NCBI GenBank assembly: GCA_041667145.1
Contig: JBAYFP010000003.1
Span: 8,424 to 72,423 of the forward strand
Direction: 5' to 3'
DNA: 64,000 nucleotides
Source of the DNA: Minisyncoccota bacterium
GTDB taxonomy: Bacteria > Patescibacteriota > Minisyncoccia > Phycocordibacterales > UBA9973
The position numbers were made by a program, and so were the translations under genes. The notes under the pieces are model-generated. The model had not been told where the DNA came from, did no database searches, and worked only from the letters and a program-made list of their open reading frames with translations. Positions 37,823 to 46,825 of the stretch are shown here, one piece after another; the stretch's first letter is position 1, and the number at the start of each line of letters is the position of its first letter.

Positions 37823-39302
37823 AGAAACCTTTAATGCTTTTCCAAAAAAGAAAATAAATAAAATACATATAAATTAGTATTGTTAAAATAAGTGGAAAGT
37901 TGGGTATGGTTAACGAGGCAAAAGAGATATTTGCAAAGAAACTTATAATAGAAAGCTCATAATGAAGAAAGAGATATGAAATATACCCAAAAGGAACAGA
38001 AAGCATATACCAAATAATCCCCGTAAAACCAGTTAAAAATCCCAAAATCATAGTAAAAGGAATAAAAGGCAAAATTAAAATATTTGCAGGCAATGCTACA
38101 AGAGAAAGATTCCCCATCTTATATAAAATAAATGGCAAAACAAATATATAACAAGCACATGTCACTGACACAATATCTCGTAACCCAAAACGAGAAGTGG
38201 CCCACAAAAAATATTTCTCAATCCTAGGTGTATAAAATATCACAGCTACAGTCGCTATAAAAGAAAGCTGAAAAGAGACGTCATAACGAAGAATAAAAGG
38301 ATTTATTAAAATCATAGACACGCCAGCGAGCATGAGCGCCCGAGAGACATCATAATTTCTCCCTATAAGACGAGCTGTGAGTGCAAGAGTCGCCATTATC
38401 CCCGCTCGCACAGCGGTAGAAGAACCACCGGTCATTATTATAAAAAGTAAAATGGAAAATATTCCAGCTCCTATCCCAATATTTTTAGGAAAGGAAGAAA
38501 AAAGTTTCATTATCCATTCAGCTACAATCGTCACATTATATCCAGAAAGCGCGACGATGTGTATCGTACCAGTATCTACAAAACTCTTTCTTAGAGAAGC
38601 ATCAAAGGCAGATTTCTCTCCTAGAATAAGACCACTCATGAGTAGCGACTCTGGTTCCCTAATTACCAAATTCATCTTTTCTAAAAATTTTTCTTTAATA
38701 TAAAAAAGTGAACTTTTTACTAAATTCCCATTCCCGCTAGAGAGAACCTCAATCTTAGGATATGTCATCACATAAAATACTCCATCTTTTCTTAGATAAT
38801 TCACATAATCAAATTCTTTTCCTTGATCAGTAACAAAATTCTCCGGTTTCTTCAAAATTCCTTCAAAATTTATTTCATCACCATATTTAAATTCCTGATC
38901 TAAATTGGTAGATATCAGTATTTGCGTTTTATCTTTACCACCTAAAACTTTAACAATTAATTTTTGATTATTTACTCCGATACTTGGTTCATCTACTACA
39001 ATTCCAGAAAGTTTTATTTTATTAGATTCCCAGCCTAAAGCTGGTCCGTCTTGGGCGAAAAAAATATTATCTAGAGAAACATCAACTATACTAAATCTAA
39101 AAATACCTAGAGAAAACAATAATACAAAAATGGAAACTAAAATACCAAATTTATTTTTAGATATAAATACAAAAAATACTAATAAAGCAAAAGAAACTAT
39201 TCCTATAAAGACAACTGAAAATAAGTTCACAAAAACAAAAGAGCGCAATAGCACTCCTAAAACAAAACCAAAACAAGATACATAAAAAATTTTACCTTGC
39301 AT
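37806..39302 (-). CDS. comEC: ComEC/Rec2 N-terminal OB (DUF4131) plus membrane competence domain (N-terminal part of a split ComEC).
   Basis: 498 aa polytopic protein. FVDTGTIHIVALSGYNV competence-domain signature. Confidence 0.75.
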   Translation of the reverse strand: MQGKIFYVSCFGFVLGVLLRSFVFVNLFSVVFIGIVSFALLVFFVFISKNKFGILVSIFVLLFSLGIFRFSIVDVSLDNIFFAQDGPALGWESNKIKLSGIVVDEPSIGVNNQKLIVKVLGGKDKTQILISTNLDQEFKYGDEINFEGILKKPENFVTDQGKEFDYVNYLRKDGVFYVMTYPKIEVLSSGNGNLVKSSLFYIKEKFLEKMNLVIREPESLLMSGLILGEKSAFDASLRKSFVDTGTIHIVALSGYNVTIVAEWIMKLFSSFPKNIGIGAGIFSILLFIIMTGGSSTAVRAGIMATLALTARLIGRNYDVSRALMLAGVSMILINPFILRYDVSFQLSFIATVAVIFYTPRIEKYFLWATSRFGLRDIVSVTCACYIFVLPFILYKMGNLSLVALPANILILPFIPFTMILGFLTGFTGIIWYMLSVPFGYISYLFLHYELSIISFFANISFASLTIPNFPLILTILIYMYFIYFLFWKSIKGFFIEPF

Positions 39303-39322
39303 CTAAAAATTTAAATAAAAAA

Positions 39323-39832
39323 TTATTTTCCGTTTTTAAGTCTTATTTCATTACCATCTGCAAAATTTGTAGCTATTTCATCTGCGCGTTCATTCCATTT
39401 ATTACCATTGTGTCCTTCTACATAAATCCATTTAATCTTAAATAATTTAGTAAGTTCATAAAGTTCTTCCCATAGTTCTTTGTTTAAAACAGGTTTTTTG
39501 GCAGCATTTCTCCAGTTATTTTTCTGCCAATTAAAAATCCATTCTGTAATTCCCAAAATAACGTATTTTGAATCAGAAAAAACCTCAAATACCCCCTCCT
39601 TACTCCTCCCCCTACCGTAGGGGGAGGCTGGGTGGGGGTAAATACCACTATTTTTCATATACTTGAGAGCCTCTATAGGTGCAGTGAGTTCCATTTGATT
39701 ATTTGTAGCATGTTTAGAAGCCCCACCAATTTCAAAAACTTTTTTACCGTCAATTATGATGGCTCCCCATCCGGCTGGCCCTGGGTTCCCCCTCGCCGCC
39801 CCATCTGTATAAATTATTATTTTTGATTTCAT
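39323..39832 (-). CDS. rnhA: Ribonuclease HI with an in-frame insertion.
   Basis: 169 aa. IYTDGAARGNPGPAGWGA, NQMELTA and EGHNGNKWNERADE. Extra segment GIYPHPASPYGRGRSKEG encoded by a P-family palindrome. Confidence 0.85.
   Translation of the reverse strand: MKSKIIIYTDGAARGNPGPAGWGAIIIDGKKVFEIGGASKHATNNQMELTAPIEALKYMKNSGIYPHPASPYGRGRSKEGVFEVFSDSKYVILGITEWIFNWQKNNWRNAAKKPVLNKELWEELYELTKLFKIKWIYVEGHNGNKWNERADEIATNFADGNEIRLKNGK
39592..39645. repeat. P-family nested palindrome inserted in-frame in rnhA (ccccctccttactcctccccctaccgtagggggaggctgggtgggggtaaatacc).
   Basis: About 85% identical to the ileS copy. Same orientation and same reading frame relative to the host gene. Confidence 0.8.
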
Positions 39833-39866
39833 ATTTAAATTATACCAAAATATTTAACTATAAACC

Positions 39867-39906
39867 AATGTCAAAACTCTTAGCGATAGCAGAGACTTTT
39901 GACATT
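39867..39906 (+). promoter_or_regulatory. Palindromic operator-like site aatgtcaaaactct-N10-agagacttttgacatt upstream of the wHTH/Cas2-like gene.
   Basis: 14 bp inverted repeat with 13 of 14 complementary, located 20 to 60 nt upstream of the ATG at 39927. Confidence 0.5.
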
Positions 39907-39926
39907 AATTAATATATAATAATATT

Positions 39927-40409
39927 ATGACATTAGTTTACGAAATGCTTAAAGCAATAAGTGAAACTTCCCTCTCCTATAAAGGAACCCAAGTAAACAT
40001 TTTTGGGATACCAAAATTAAAAAATAGATCTTACAAATCTATCCGTTCTATGGTGTCTTATGTGAAAAAGAATAATTTAATAGTACAAAATGATAAAGGT
40101 TGGCATCTTTCCCCCGCTGGGAAAAAGTATATGAAAAGAAAAGAAGTTTCATTGAAACAGTTTGAAAATGAGTTCACAAAAGAAGCACCTAAAAATTTAA
40201 TAGTCATGTTTGATATTTCAGAAAAACAAAAAGCGGAACGAGAATGGTTTCGCTGGCATCTAAAAAAGTTTAACTATGAAATGATTCAGAGAAGTGTCTG
40301 GGTCGGACCATCACCTCTACCGAAGGAATTTATGAACTATATAGAAAAAATAAAATTAAAAGATTCTATAAAAACCTTTAAACTTGCTAAGTCATATAAA
40401 ATTTCTTAA
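39927..40409 (+). CDS. Orphan protein with an N-terminal wHTH-like region and a C-terminal Cas2-like (VapD/Cas2 fold) domain.
   Basis: 160 aa. The C-terminal NLIVMFDISEKQKAEREWFRWHLKKFNYEMIQRSVWV aligns with the Cas2 pattern hhhhYDIS...RRK...L..YG.RVQ.SVF. The N-terminal 85 aa have a helix-turn-wing-like composition. No cas genes or CRISPR array are nearby. Confidence 0.45.
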   Translation: MTLVYEMLKAISETSLSYKGTQVNIFGIPKLKNRSYKSIRSMVSYVKKNNLIVQNDKGWHLSPAGKKYMKRKEVSLKQFENEFTKEAPKNLIVMFDISEKQKAEREWFRWHLKKFNYEMIQRSVWVGPSPLPKEFMNYIEKIKLKDSIKTFKLAKSYKIS

Positions 40410-40415
40410 CAAATT

Positions 40416-42080
40416 TTAAAATATATCCTCTACTCTTAAACGTAATTCTTCTCTCCCTCTAAATCTAGATAAATCAAAGGTGGCTAAAAGATTTATTTTT
40501 TTATCGACAACCAAAGGTACGTCAAAAGAATCGCTGTTTGAAAAAAAGGATACACCTTTTATTTTATTTTTATTCTGTTCATTACTCTTGTCAGAAAAAG
40601 TAATCTCTAAATGTTCTCCTGAACCATTTTTCCCAAATTTCTTAATATTTTCTATTTTTACATTTTCAAAAAGAAAAATCGGCTTAGGGTTCCCAAGACC
40701 GAAAGGAGCGAGCTTCTCTATTTCTCGCCAATTTTTCATATTTACAATACTCAAATCTGATTTAACATCATAAATTATTTCATTTTCTATTTTATCTCGC
40801 TTCACCTTGTGAAAAGAAACAGAGAGAGCTTCTTCTAAAAAATGAACCTTATCTCCAGAAACTGTAAAACCTCCAGCAAACTCATGCCCACCAAATTCTG
40901 TGAAAAATTCACTGGTCTCGGTCATCAATTCTACAAGAGAAACTGATCCATCAGAACGACATGAACCTTTGATTAAATCATTCTCATCTTTTCCCCAAAC
41001 AAAAACAGGTCTTTTGTGTTCTTCGACTATCTTGCCGGCTACTATTCCCAAGACTCCTACACGCCACAATGGATTACCGATGACTATCACTTCTCGCATC
41101 TCTCTTTTTTCAAATTTTTTATTTACTTCACGCATGATACTTGTAACCATAGTTTTCCTATCGTCATTTATTTTTGATAAATGATTTGCAATAGTTCCAG
41201 CTTCTATCTCGTCCGATGTAGAGAGAAGTTCATATGCTCTCCTTGGATCATCCATTCGTGAAGCAGCATTTAATCTAGGTGCAATCATAAAGCCAACATC
41301 ATCTTCAGTCAGATATTTTTGATCAATATTCATTTTTGCGAGAAGTTTCTGTAAACCAGGGCGTGGAGATTTTCTCAAAACTTTCATACCAAAATATGCA
41401 ATAGCTCTATTCTCACCCAAAAGAGGCACAAGGTCAGAAAGAGTAGCGAGCCCTGCCATATCTAACAACCACTTTTCGTAACCTTCTTTTATCTTATAAA
41501 ACTCACCATATTTTTTTATAAAACCTTGTACAAATTTAAAAACTACGCCTGCTCCACACAACATTTTATCTGGGTACTTATCTACTTTTGGATTTAAAAT
41601 AGCAAAAGCTTTTGGCAAAACAGCATGGGGTAAATGGTGATCAGTAACAATAACATCCATACCTCCTACTTCTGCTTGAGCTATTTCAGATACTGCTGTA
41701 ATGCCTAAATCAACAGTAATCAAAAGCTTCACTCCTTTTGAGACAAATTGTTCTATGGCAGAAAGATTGAGGCCATAACCCTCAGAATTTCTCCCTGGAA
41801 TATAAACTTCATATTCTTTAAAACCTATTTTTTTAAACAAATCTTCTAAAATAACAGCTCCGGGAATACCATCACAATCATAATCAGCATAGATAACAAT
41901 CTTTTCTTTAGCTTCTATCGTCTCAAAAAGCTTCACACATGCCTTTTCCATGTCTTTCATTTCAAATGGATCATGTAGATCTCGTTCATAATCTGGGTTT
42001 AAAAAAATCTCTGCTTCTTTTTCAGTTTTTATCCCTCTCTTTTCCAAAATTGCTCTCAGTAATTCATGATATCTTTGCAT
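40416..42080 (-). CDS. recJ: Single-stranded-DNA-specific exonuclease RecJ.
   Basis: 554 aa. DHH motifs YADYDCDG and VTDHHLP, plus a DHHA1 region. Confidence 0.85.
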   Translation of the reverse strand: MQRYHELLRAILEKRGIKTEKEAEIFLNPDYERDLHDPFEMKDMEKACVKLFETIEAKEKIVIYADYDCDGIPGAVILEDLFKKIGFKEYEVYIPGRNSEGYGLNLSAIEQFVSKGVKLLITVDLGITAVSEIAQAEVGGMDVIVTDHHLPHAVLPKAFAILNPKVDKYPDKMLCGAGVVFKFVQGFIKKYGEFYKIKEGYEKWLLDMAGLATLSDLVPLLGENRAIAYFGMKVLRKSPRPGLQKLLAKMNIDQKYLTEDDVGFMIAPRLNAASRMDDPRRAYELLSTSDEIEAGTIANHLSKINDDRKTMVTSIMREVNKKFEKREMREVIVIGNPLWRVGVLGIVAGKIVEEHKRPVFVWGKDENDLIKGSCRSDGSVSLVELMTETSEFFTEFGGHEFAGGFTVSGDKVHFLEEALSVSFHKVKRDKIENEIIYDVKSDLSIVNMKNWREIEKLAPFGLGNPKPIFLFENVKIENIKKFGKNGSGEHLEITFSDKSNEQNKNKIKGVSFFSNSDSFDVPLVVDKKINLLATFDLSRFRGREELRLRVEDIF

Positions 42081-42115
42081 AAGTTGAATTTTAACATAAA
42101 TAACATATAATAAAT

Positions 42116-42196
42116 AAAGTTAAGCAAATTAAAGTTTTCGAGCTGGTCTGGGGCTCTGCCTTGAGGACCCGAGAAAACTTTAATTTGCTTAACTTT
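42116..42196. repeat. E-family element copy 2: a perfect 23 bp AT-rich inverted repeat (aaagttaagcaaattaaagtttt / aaaactttaatttgcttaacttt) enclosing the core cgagctggtctggggctctgccttgaggacccgag.
   Basis: The core is 34 of 35 nt identical to 9305..9338. The arms are unrelated to the arms at the other loci. The element ends 3 nt before the hit start codon. Confidence 0.75.
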
Positions 42197-42198
42197 AT

Positions 42199-42591
42199 AT
42201 GCAAAACTGCATTTTTTGTAAAATAATAAAAGGAGAAATACCATGCGACAAAATATATGAAGATGAGAAATACTTATCTTTTTTGGATATTGAACCCGTA
42301 TCAGCAGGGCATATTTTAGTAATACCTAAAGAACATATCGTCTGGATGCAAGAAGTAGATGATGAAACGATATCAGGAATTTTTAAATTATGTAAAAAAT
42401 TAATGCTCGCAATTAAAAAAGGCGTCGACTGTGATTATGTACAGCTCGCTATCAGTGGTAAAGATATTCCTCATTTCCATATACACCTCATCCCACGCTA
42501 TTTCAACGACGGCCTTAGTGAATGGCCAACTATAGAATATAAAGACGGGGAATCGAAAGAAATAATAAACAAAATTATTTCAGCGCTTTAA
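42199..42591 (+). CDS. HIT-family (histidine triad) hydrolase.
   Basis: 130 aa. HFHIHLIP (HxHxHxx). Confidence 0.85.
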   Translation: MQNCIFCKIIKGEIPCDKIYEDEKYLSFLDIEPVSAGHILVIPKEHIVWMQEVDDETISGIFKLCKKLMLAIKKGVDCDYVQLAISGKDIPHFHIHLIPRYFNDGLSEWPTIEYKDGESKEIINKIISAL

Positions 42592-43711
42592 TAGCTGGCA
42601 AGGTACCATTCGCAAGAAAGTCTAGCGCCGCCCCACCCCCAGTAGAGACAAAAGTAAACTTGTCCCCTAATTTTAATTTAGAAATAACTTCTCCTGTATC
42701 TCCCCCACCTACGATAGAGATAGCTTTCGTTTCAGTAATAGCTTGAATAATTTCCTCTGTAGCTTTATCGAAACCACTACTTGATTTTCCAAGCGGTCCA
42801 TTCCATAAAATCATCTTGGATTTTTTAATCTTCTTCTCTAAATTCTTTATTGTCTCTGGACCTATGTCTACTATTTCCTCTTGCTCTCCAACTTTATCAA
42901 ATGAAATTACAGACTCTTTCACATTCGCAAGAACGAGAAGATCGCTTGGTAAAATTATTTTTGGATTTTTGACGATAGAAGGTAAACCATATTTTTTATT
43001 TTCAACCAAAGAGGTACCAACTTCATATCCCTTTTCTTTAAGAATTTGACTAACGAGAGCTCCTCCGATAAATAGATCATCTACTGTCTTCAAAAAACGT
43101 TTTATAATAGGGAGTTTTGTCTCAAATTTTGCTCCACCTAAAATTAAAAGAAATGGATGTTTGGCTTTTTTTAATACAAGCGATAAATATTTAACTTCTT
43201 TGAGAAATTGAAACCCTGCGTAGCTTGGTAAGTATTTAGGTACACCAACTATCGAAGCATGTTCTCTATGTGCATCTGGAAAAGCATCAATAACATAGAT
43301 ATCTCCAAGTTTAGCTAATTTTTTGGCGAAACTCGGATCATTTTTTTCTTCTCCTGGTTCAAAACGTAGATTCTCAACTAAAAGAACCTCTCCCTTTTTT
43401 AAAGATCTAGCCATATTTTCTGTCTCAACACCAATACAACTATCAGCAAATTTAATTTTTCTTTTTAATAACTCTTCTAAAACAGGAACCAACGGTTTTT
43501 CTGTAAAATTCATATCCCTTTTCCCTCCGGGCCTACCTTGATGAGTTAAAATGACAAGTGGACCTTTTTTTATTAGAAACTTAATAGTAGGCAACAATAC
43601 TTCAATTCTTTTTGAATCAATGACTTTCCCATCCTTTATAGGCACATCGAAACCAGCACGTAAAAGTATCACTTTATCTTTAAAACTTTTTATTTGTTTG
43701 ATGCTTCGCAT
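42575..43711 (-). CDS. pgk: Phosphoglycerate kinase.
   Basis: 378 aa. LLRAGFDVP and GGGAALDFL motifs. Confidence 0.9.
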   Translation of the reverse strand: MRSIKQIKSFKDKVILLRAGFDVPIKDGKVIDSKRIEVLLPTIKFLIKKGPLVILTHQGRPGGKRDMNFTEKPLVPVLEELLKRKIKFADSCIGVETENMARSLKKGEVLLVENLRFEPGEEKNDPSFAKKLAKLGDIYVIDAFPDAHREHASIVGVPKYLPSYAGFQFLKEVKYLSLVLKKAKHPFLLILGGAKFETKLPIIKRFLKTVDDLFIGGALVSQILKEKGYEVGTSLVENKKYGLPSIVKNPKIILPSDLLVLANVKESVISFDKVGEQEEIVDIGPETIKNLEKKIKKSKMILWNGPLGKSSSGFDKATEEIIQAITETKAISIVGGGDTGEVISKLKLGDKFTFVSTGGGAALDFLANGTLPAIKALK

Positions 43712-44451
43712 AACTTTACAATTTTAGAAAATTTTTCTCCATCTAAATTAGCCCTACCAACCAAAAAACCATCTGCGTTACCATCCTTAATAAAATCTAT
43801 AGTATTTTTCTCATCAACTGACCCACCATAAATTATTTTAATATCTGATGCTTCCTTTACACCAAATTTATCACTCAAAATTTTCTTAATAAAAATATTC
43901 ATCTCAAGGAATTCTAATGGGCTAGCTGGGTGAGCTCCATTACCTATAGCCCAGATGGGCTCGTAAGCAATGATAACTTTTGAAATAGAATTTTTTGAGA
44001 CTCCATTTAAGCATTCTTCTATTTGTGTTTTTATGAAATTTAAATACTCGTGATTTTCGTCCCGAATACTCTCCCCTACGCAAAGTATAGGAGAAAGGCC
44101 TGCCTTAAGTGATGCTTTTATCTTTTTATTTATATCAACATTACTTTCTCCCATTGCACGTCGCTCTGAATGACCAACTATCACATAGCGCACTCCAAGA
44201 TTATAAATCATATCTCCAGACACCTCCCCTGTATATGCTCCACTATCCTCCCAAAAAAGATCTTGCGCACCTAAAGATATTTTTCTTGTCTCTTTTTTTA
44301 ATTTTTCTAAATATATGAAAGGCGGACAGATTATAATTTCTGTCTTTTTGACACCTAATATGGATTTCGCTACATTACTAAGTAATTTTTCCGCTTCTTT
44401 TAGAGACTCAGGATTCATCTTCCAATTTCCTATAACTATCTTTTTAGACAT
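43690..44451 (-). CDS. tpiA: Triosephosphate isomerase.
   Basis: 253 aa. IGNWKMN, GHSERR and AYEPIWAIGNG. Confidence 0.9.
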   Translation of the reverse strand: MSKKIVIGNWKMNPESLKEAEKLLSNVAKSILGVKKTEIIICPPFIYLEKLKKETRKISLGAQDLFWEDSGAYTGEVSGDMIYNLGVRYVIVGHSERRAMGESNVDINKKIKASLKAGLSPILCVGESIRDENHEYLNFIKTQIEECLNGVSKNSISKVIIAYEPIWAIGNGAHPASPLEFLEMNIFIKKILSDKFGVKEASDIKIIYGGSVDEKNTIDFIKDGNADGFLVGRANLDGEKFSKIVKLCEASNK

Positions 44452-44477
44452 AAAAATATTGTATCACATTATTACTC

Positions 44478-46280
44478 TCATTGTGTTTCTCCCCAACCTT
44501 GCACATTCCATGCCCCTGATGGACCACCTACAAAATTTTGATTAATCAATCCACTATCATAAATAAGATCAGAATCATTACCTAGATCTATGCCATACCC
44601 AGTAAGTTGTCTTGCTTTAGCTTTACTTCGTACATCGATTATCCCATTTGCAGCATATAAAATGACAGCTTCTACCTTACTACTCAATGTAATAGCATCA
44701 TCACCATTACAGCTCGGATCAAAAGGACAATTACTAGTAGTTAAAGCTAGAACGTAACTTTTAGAATTTCCAGAAGTAAATTCTGCATCATTACTAATAG
44801 TAATATTACCATCGACGATTATAGCCACACTTGCACCTCCATATGAATCTGATGGTTTTACTATAGCCCTATGATCCACACGAAGGTTCCCAGTAATCCA
44901 AAGTGTGCCAGTAAGCGTAAGAATATCTTTATCATCTAAATGAAAATTGCCATTAATTTTTTTAGGACCTAGAGTTACTCCATGACCACCAGGTATATAA
45001 TCACCATTTATAATTCCACCCGCCAAAGCATCATCCTTCCAATCTTGTATATTTTGGTCTGAGATAGGCATAGCGATAGAAACTGGATCAGCTAAAGATG
45101 TATTACAAGCTCCATTATTAGTTCCAGTATTATTACTTCCAATTTGGCAATAATTCGTTCCAACAATAGAAGAATTTTTTACTGTATGAGCATAAGCATT
45201 CCCAGTGCTATTTTGTCCAATATCAATATTATCAATCGAACCAACTAACCCTTGTAAATAAATCCTAAAAAACAAATCTGCATTTGATGGAGAAACTTCA
45301 CTCCAACCATGATCATGATGATGGTGGTCATGAGAATAACTTCCAATCAGAGCAAAACCATCCGTATAAGAAGTATTGGCACCTATAGTGTAATAATTAT
45401 TATGATCATTATTACTTTCAATAACCAACCAATAACTCTGACCACTAATAAGATTCGGAATGGAGTCAAATGTCACTGTCACCCAACCATACGAAGTAGA
45501 AACCAGAGAAGCAGACAATGTCCCGCGTGCTAAATAGTCTCTCACATCATCTGGCTCACTACTCATATCGTGGGCAATATAAACTGTCGCGTTAGATGGA
45601 TGTCCCACCTTTTTTATATAAATTTCTGCTTTATTTAGAGGTCCAGTGTTATCAACAATAAAACTTTGGGCAATATCTGCGCTAGAATCATGTTGACCAA
45701 AAGATAAATTATATGCTGGGGTGCCAGAACCATTTTCTTGATCAGCCTCCAATGCTGAGCTATTAGCTGATGTGACACTACCTGTGACATCAGCATTACC
45801 CGTCCCAATTACAGGACCATTAGAATAAATACTGCCATCTATAAATGATTTATCTCCCATACGAAAACCCCATTCACCAGCTTGGATACCATAACTAAAA
45901 GAAAGCCCATCGCCAATACTTAAAGACAAGGCATTTTTTCTCTGATAACTCAAAACATCTCCCATAGAAATGATATTCTTTAAACCAAAACTAGTATCTG
46001 TAATATTTGTAACCACAGAATTTCCATTAAGATTTAATGTCTCACTACTAGATATCGCCATATTCTTTCTTATACGATATATCGCATCTTCGCTTCCTGA
46101 TTCAGATAAAAAATATGACTTCTTTGAATTCAAACTCATATTGGCATCTTTAAATTCACTTACTGTCGGTGAAACAAGACCTGAAATTATTGCCAGAGAA
46201 ATAAAAAGAAAAAAAACAATAGATACAAGCATCGCTGCTCCGGATTGATTATTTATTTTTCTTTTCTTTTCTTTTTGCAT
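44478..46280 (-). CDS. Large PilX-like minor pilin / candidate pilus tip-associated protein.
   Basis: 600 aa. The N-terminus QSGAAMLVSIVFFLFISLAIISGL resembles the PilX N-terminal domain. His-rich patch HDHHHHDHGW. It is the last gene of the pilus operon. Confidence 0.5.
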   Translation of the reverse strand: MQKEKKRKINNQSGAAMLVSIVFFLFISLAIISGLVSPTVSEFKDANMSLNSKKSYFLSESGSEDAIYRIRKNMAISSSETLNLNGNSVVTNITDTSFGLKNIISMGDVLSYQRKNALSLSIGDGLSFSYGIQAGEWGFRMGDKSFIDGSIYSNGPVIGTGNADVTGSVTSANSSALEADQENGSGTPAYNLSFGQHDSSADIAQSFIVDNTGPLNKAEIYIKKVGHPSNATVYIAHDMSSEPDDVRDYLARGTLSASLVSTSYGWVTVTFDSIPNLISGQSYWLVIESNNDHNNYYTIGANTSYTDGFALIGSYSHDHHHHDHGWSEVSPSNADLFFRIYLQGLVGSIDNIDIGQNSTGNAYAHTVKNSSIVGTNYCQIGSNNTGTNNGACNTSLADPVSIAMPISDQNIQDWKDDALAGGIINGDYIPGGHGVTLGPKKINGNFHLDDKDILTLTGTLWITGNLRVDHRAIVKPSDSYGGASVAIIVDGNITISNDAEFTSGNSKSYVLALTTSNCPFDPSCNGDDAITLSSKVEAVILYAANGIIDVRSKAKARQLTGYGIDLGNDSDLIYDSGLINQNFVGGPSGAWNVQGWGETQ

Positions 46281-46321
46281 TTTTTCTTTTTAACTTTCTA
46301 CTTTATAAACTTTATAACTAC

Positions 46322-46825
46322 TCAATAATTTCCACGAAGTACAACCGTATCATAAAAATCTTCCGTACGACTTTGTGAATCACGATTGGACTTAACAGTT
46401 AAAAATACTTTTACAGCTTTACCTTTTGTTGTATCTATTTGGGTAAAAATAATATCTGTCACGATTATATTGGATGTGTTTAAATTTGCTGTAAATATAT
46501 TATTTTCCAAAAATCTAATATCTGAACCAGAAAGCGAAAATTCTACTGTCTTTTCGTCCCCCGTACTATCTTTTGTATCAAGTGTTAAATCATTTGTATT
46601 TATAAAATTTATATCGGATGCTTGTCTTATTTCTCGAGAAATTCTTTCCATTACATTTCCACCCTGCATTAGATCCGCTTGAATCACCGTTTCTTTATAA
46701 GCTTTTGTCATAGTGATCAATGAATCAATCACTGCAATAGAAATAATAGCAAAAAGGGCAATATAAAAAAGTGTTTCTAGTAATGCATAACCTTTATTCG
46801 TTTTTTTTATACTGAAAATTTTCAT
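46322..46825 (-). CDS. Prepilin-type pseudopilin / minor pilin.
   Basis: 167 aa. KGYALLETLFYIALFAIISIAV is a class III signal-peptide-like N-terminus. Confidence 0.55.
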   Translation of the reverse strand: MKIFSIKKTNKGYALLETLFYIALFAIISIAVIDSLITMTKAYKETVIQADLMQGGNVMERISREIRQASDINFINTNDLTLDTKDSTGDEKTVEFSLSGSDIRFLENNIFTANLNTSNIIVTDIIFTQIDTTKGKAVKVFLTVKSNRDSQSRTEDFYDTVVLRGNY

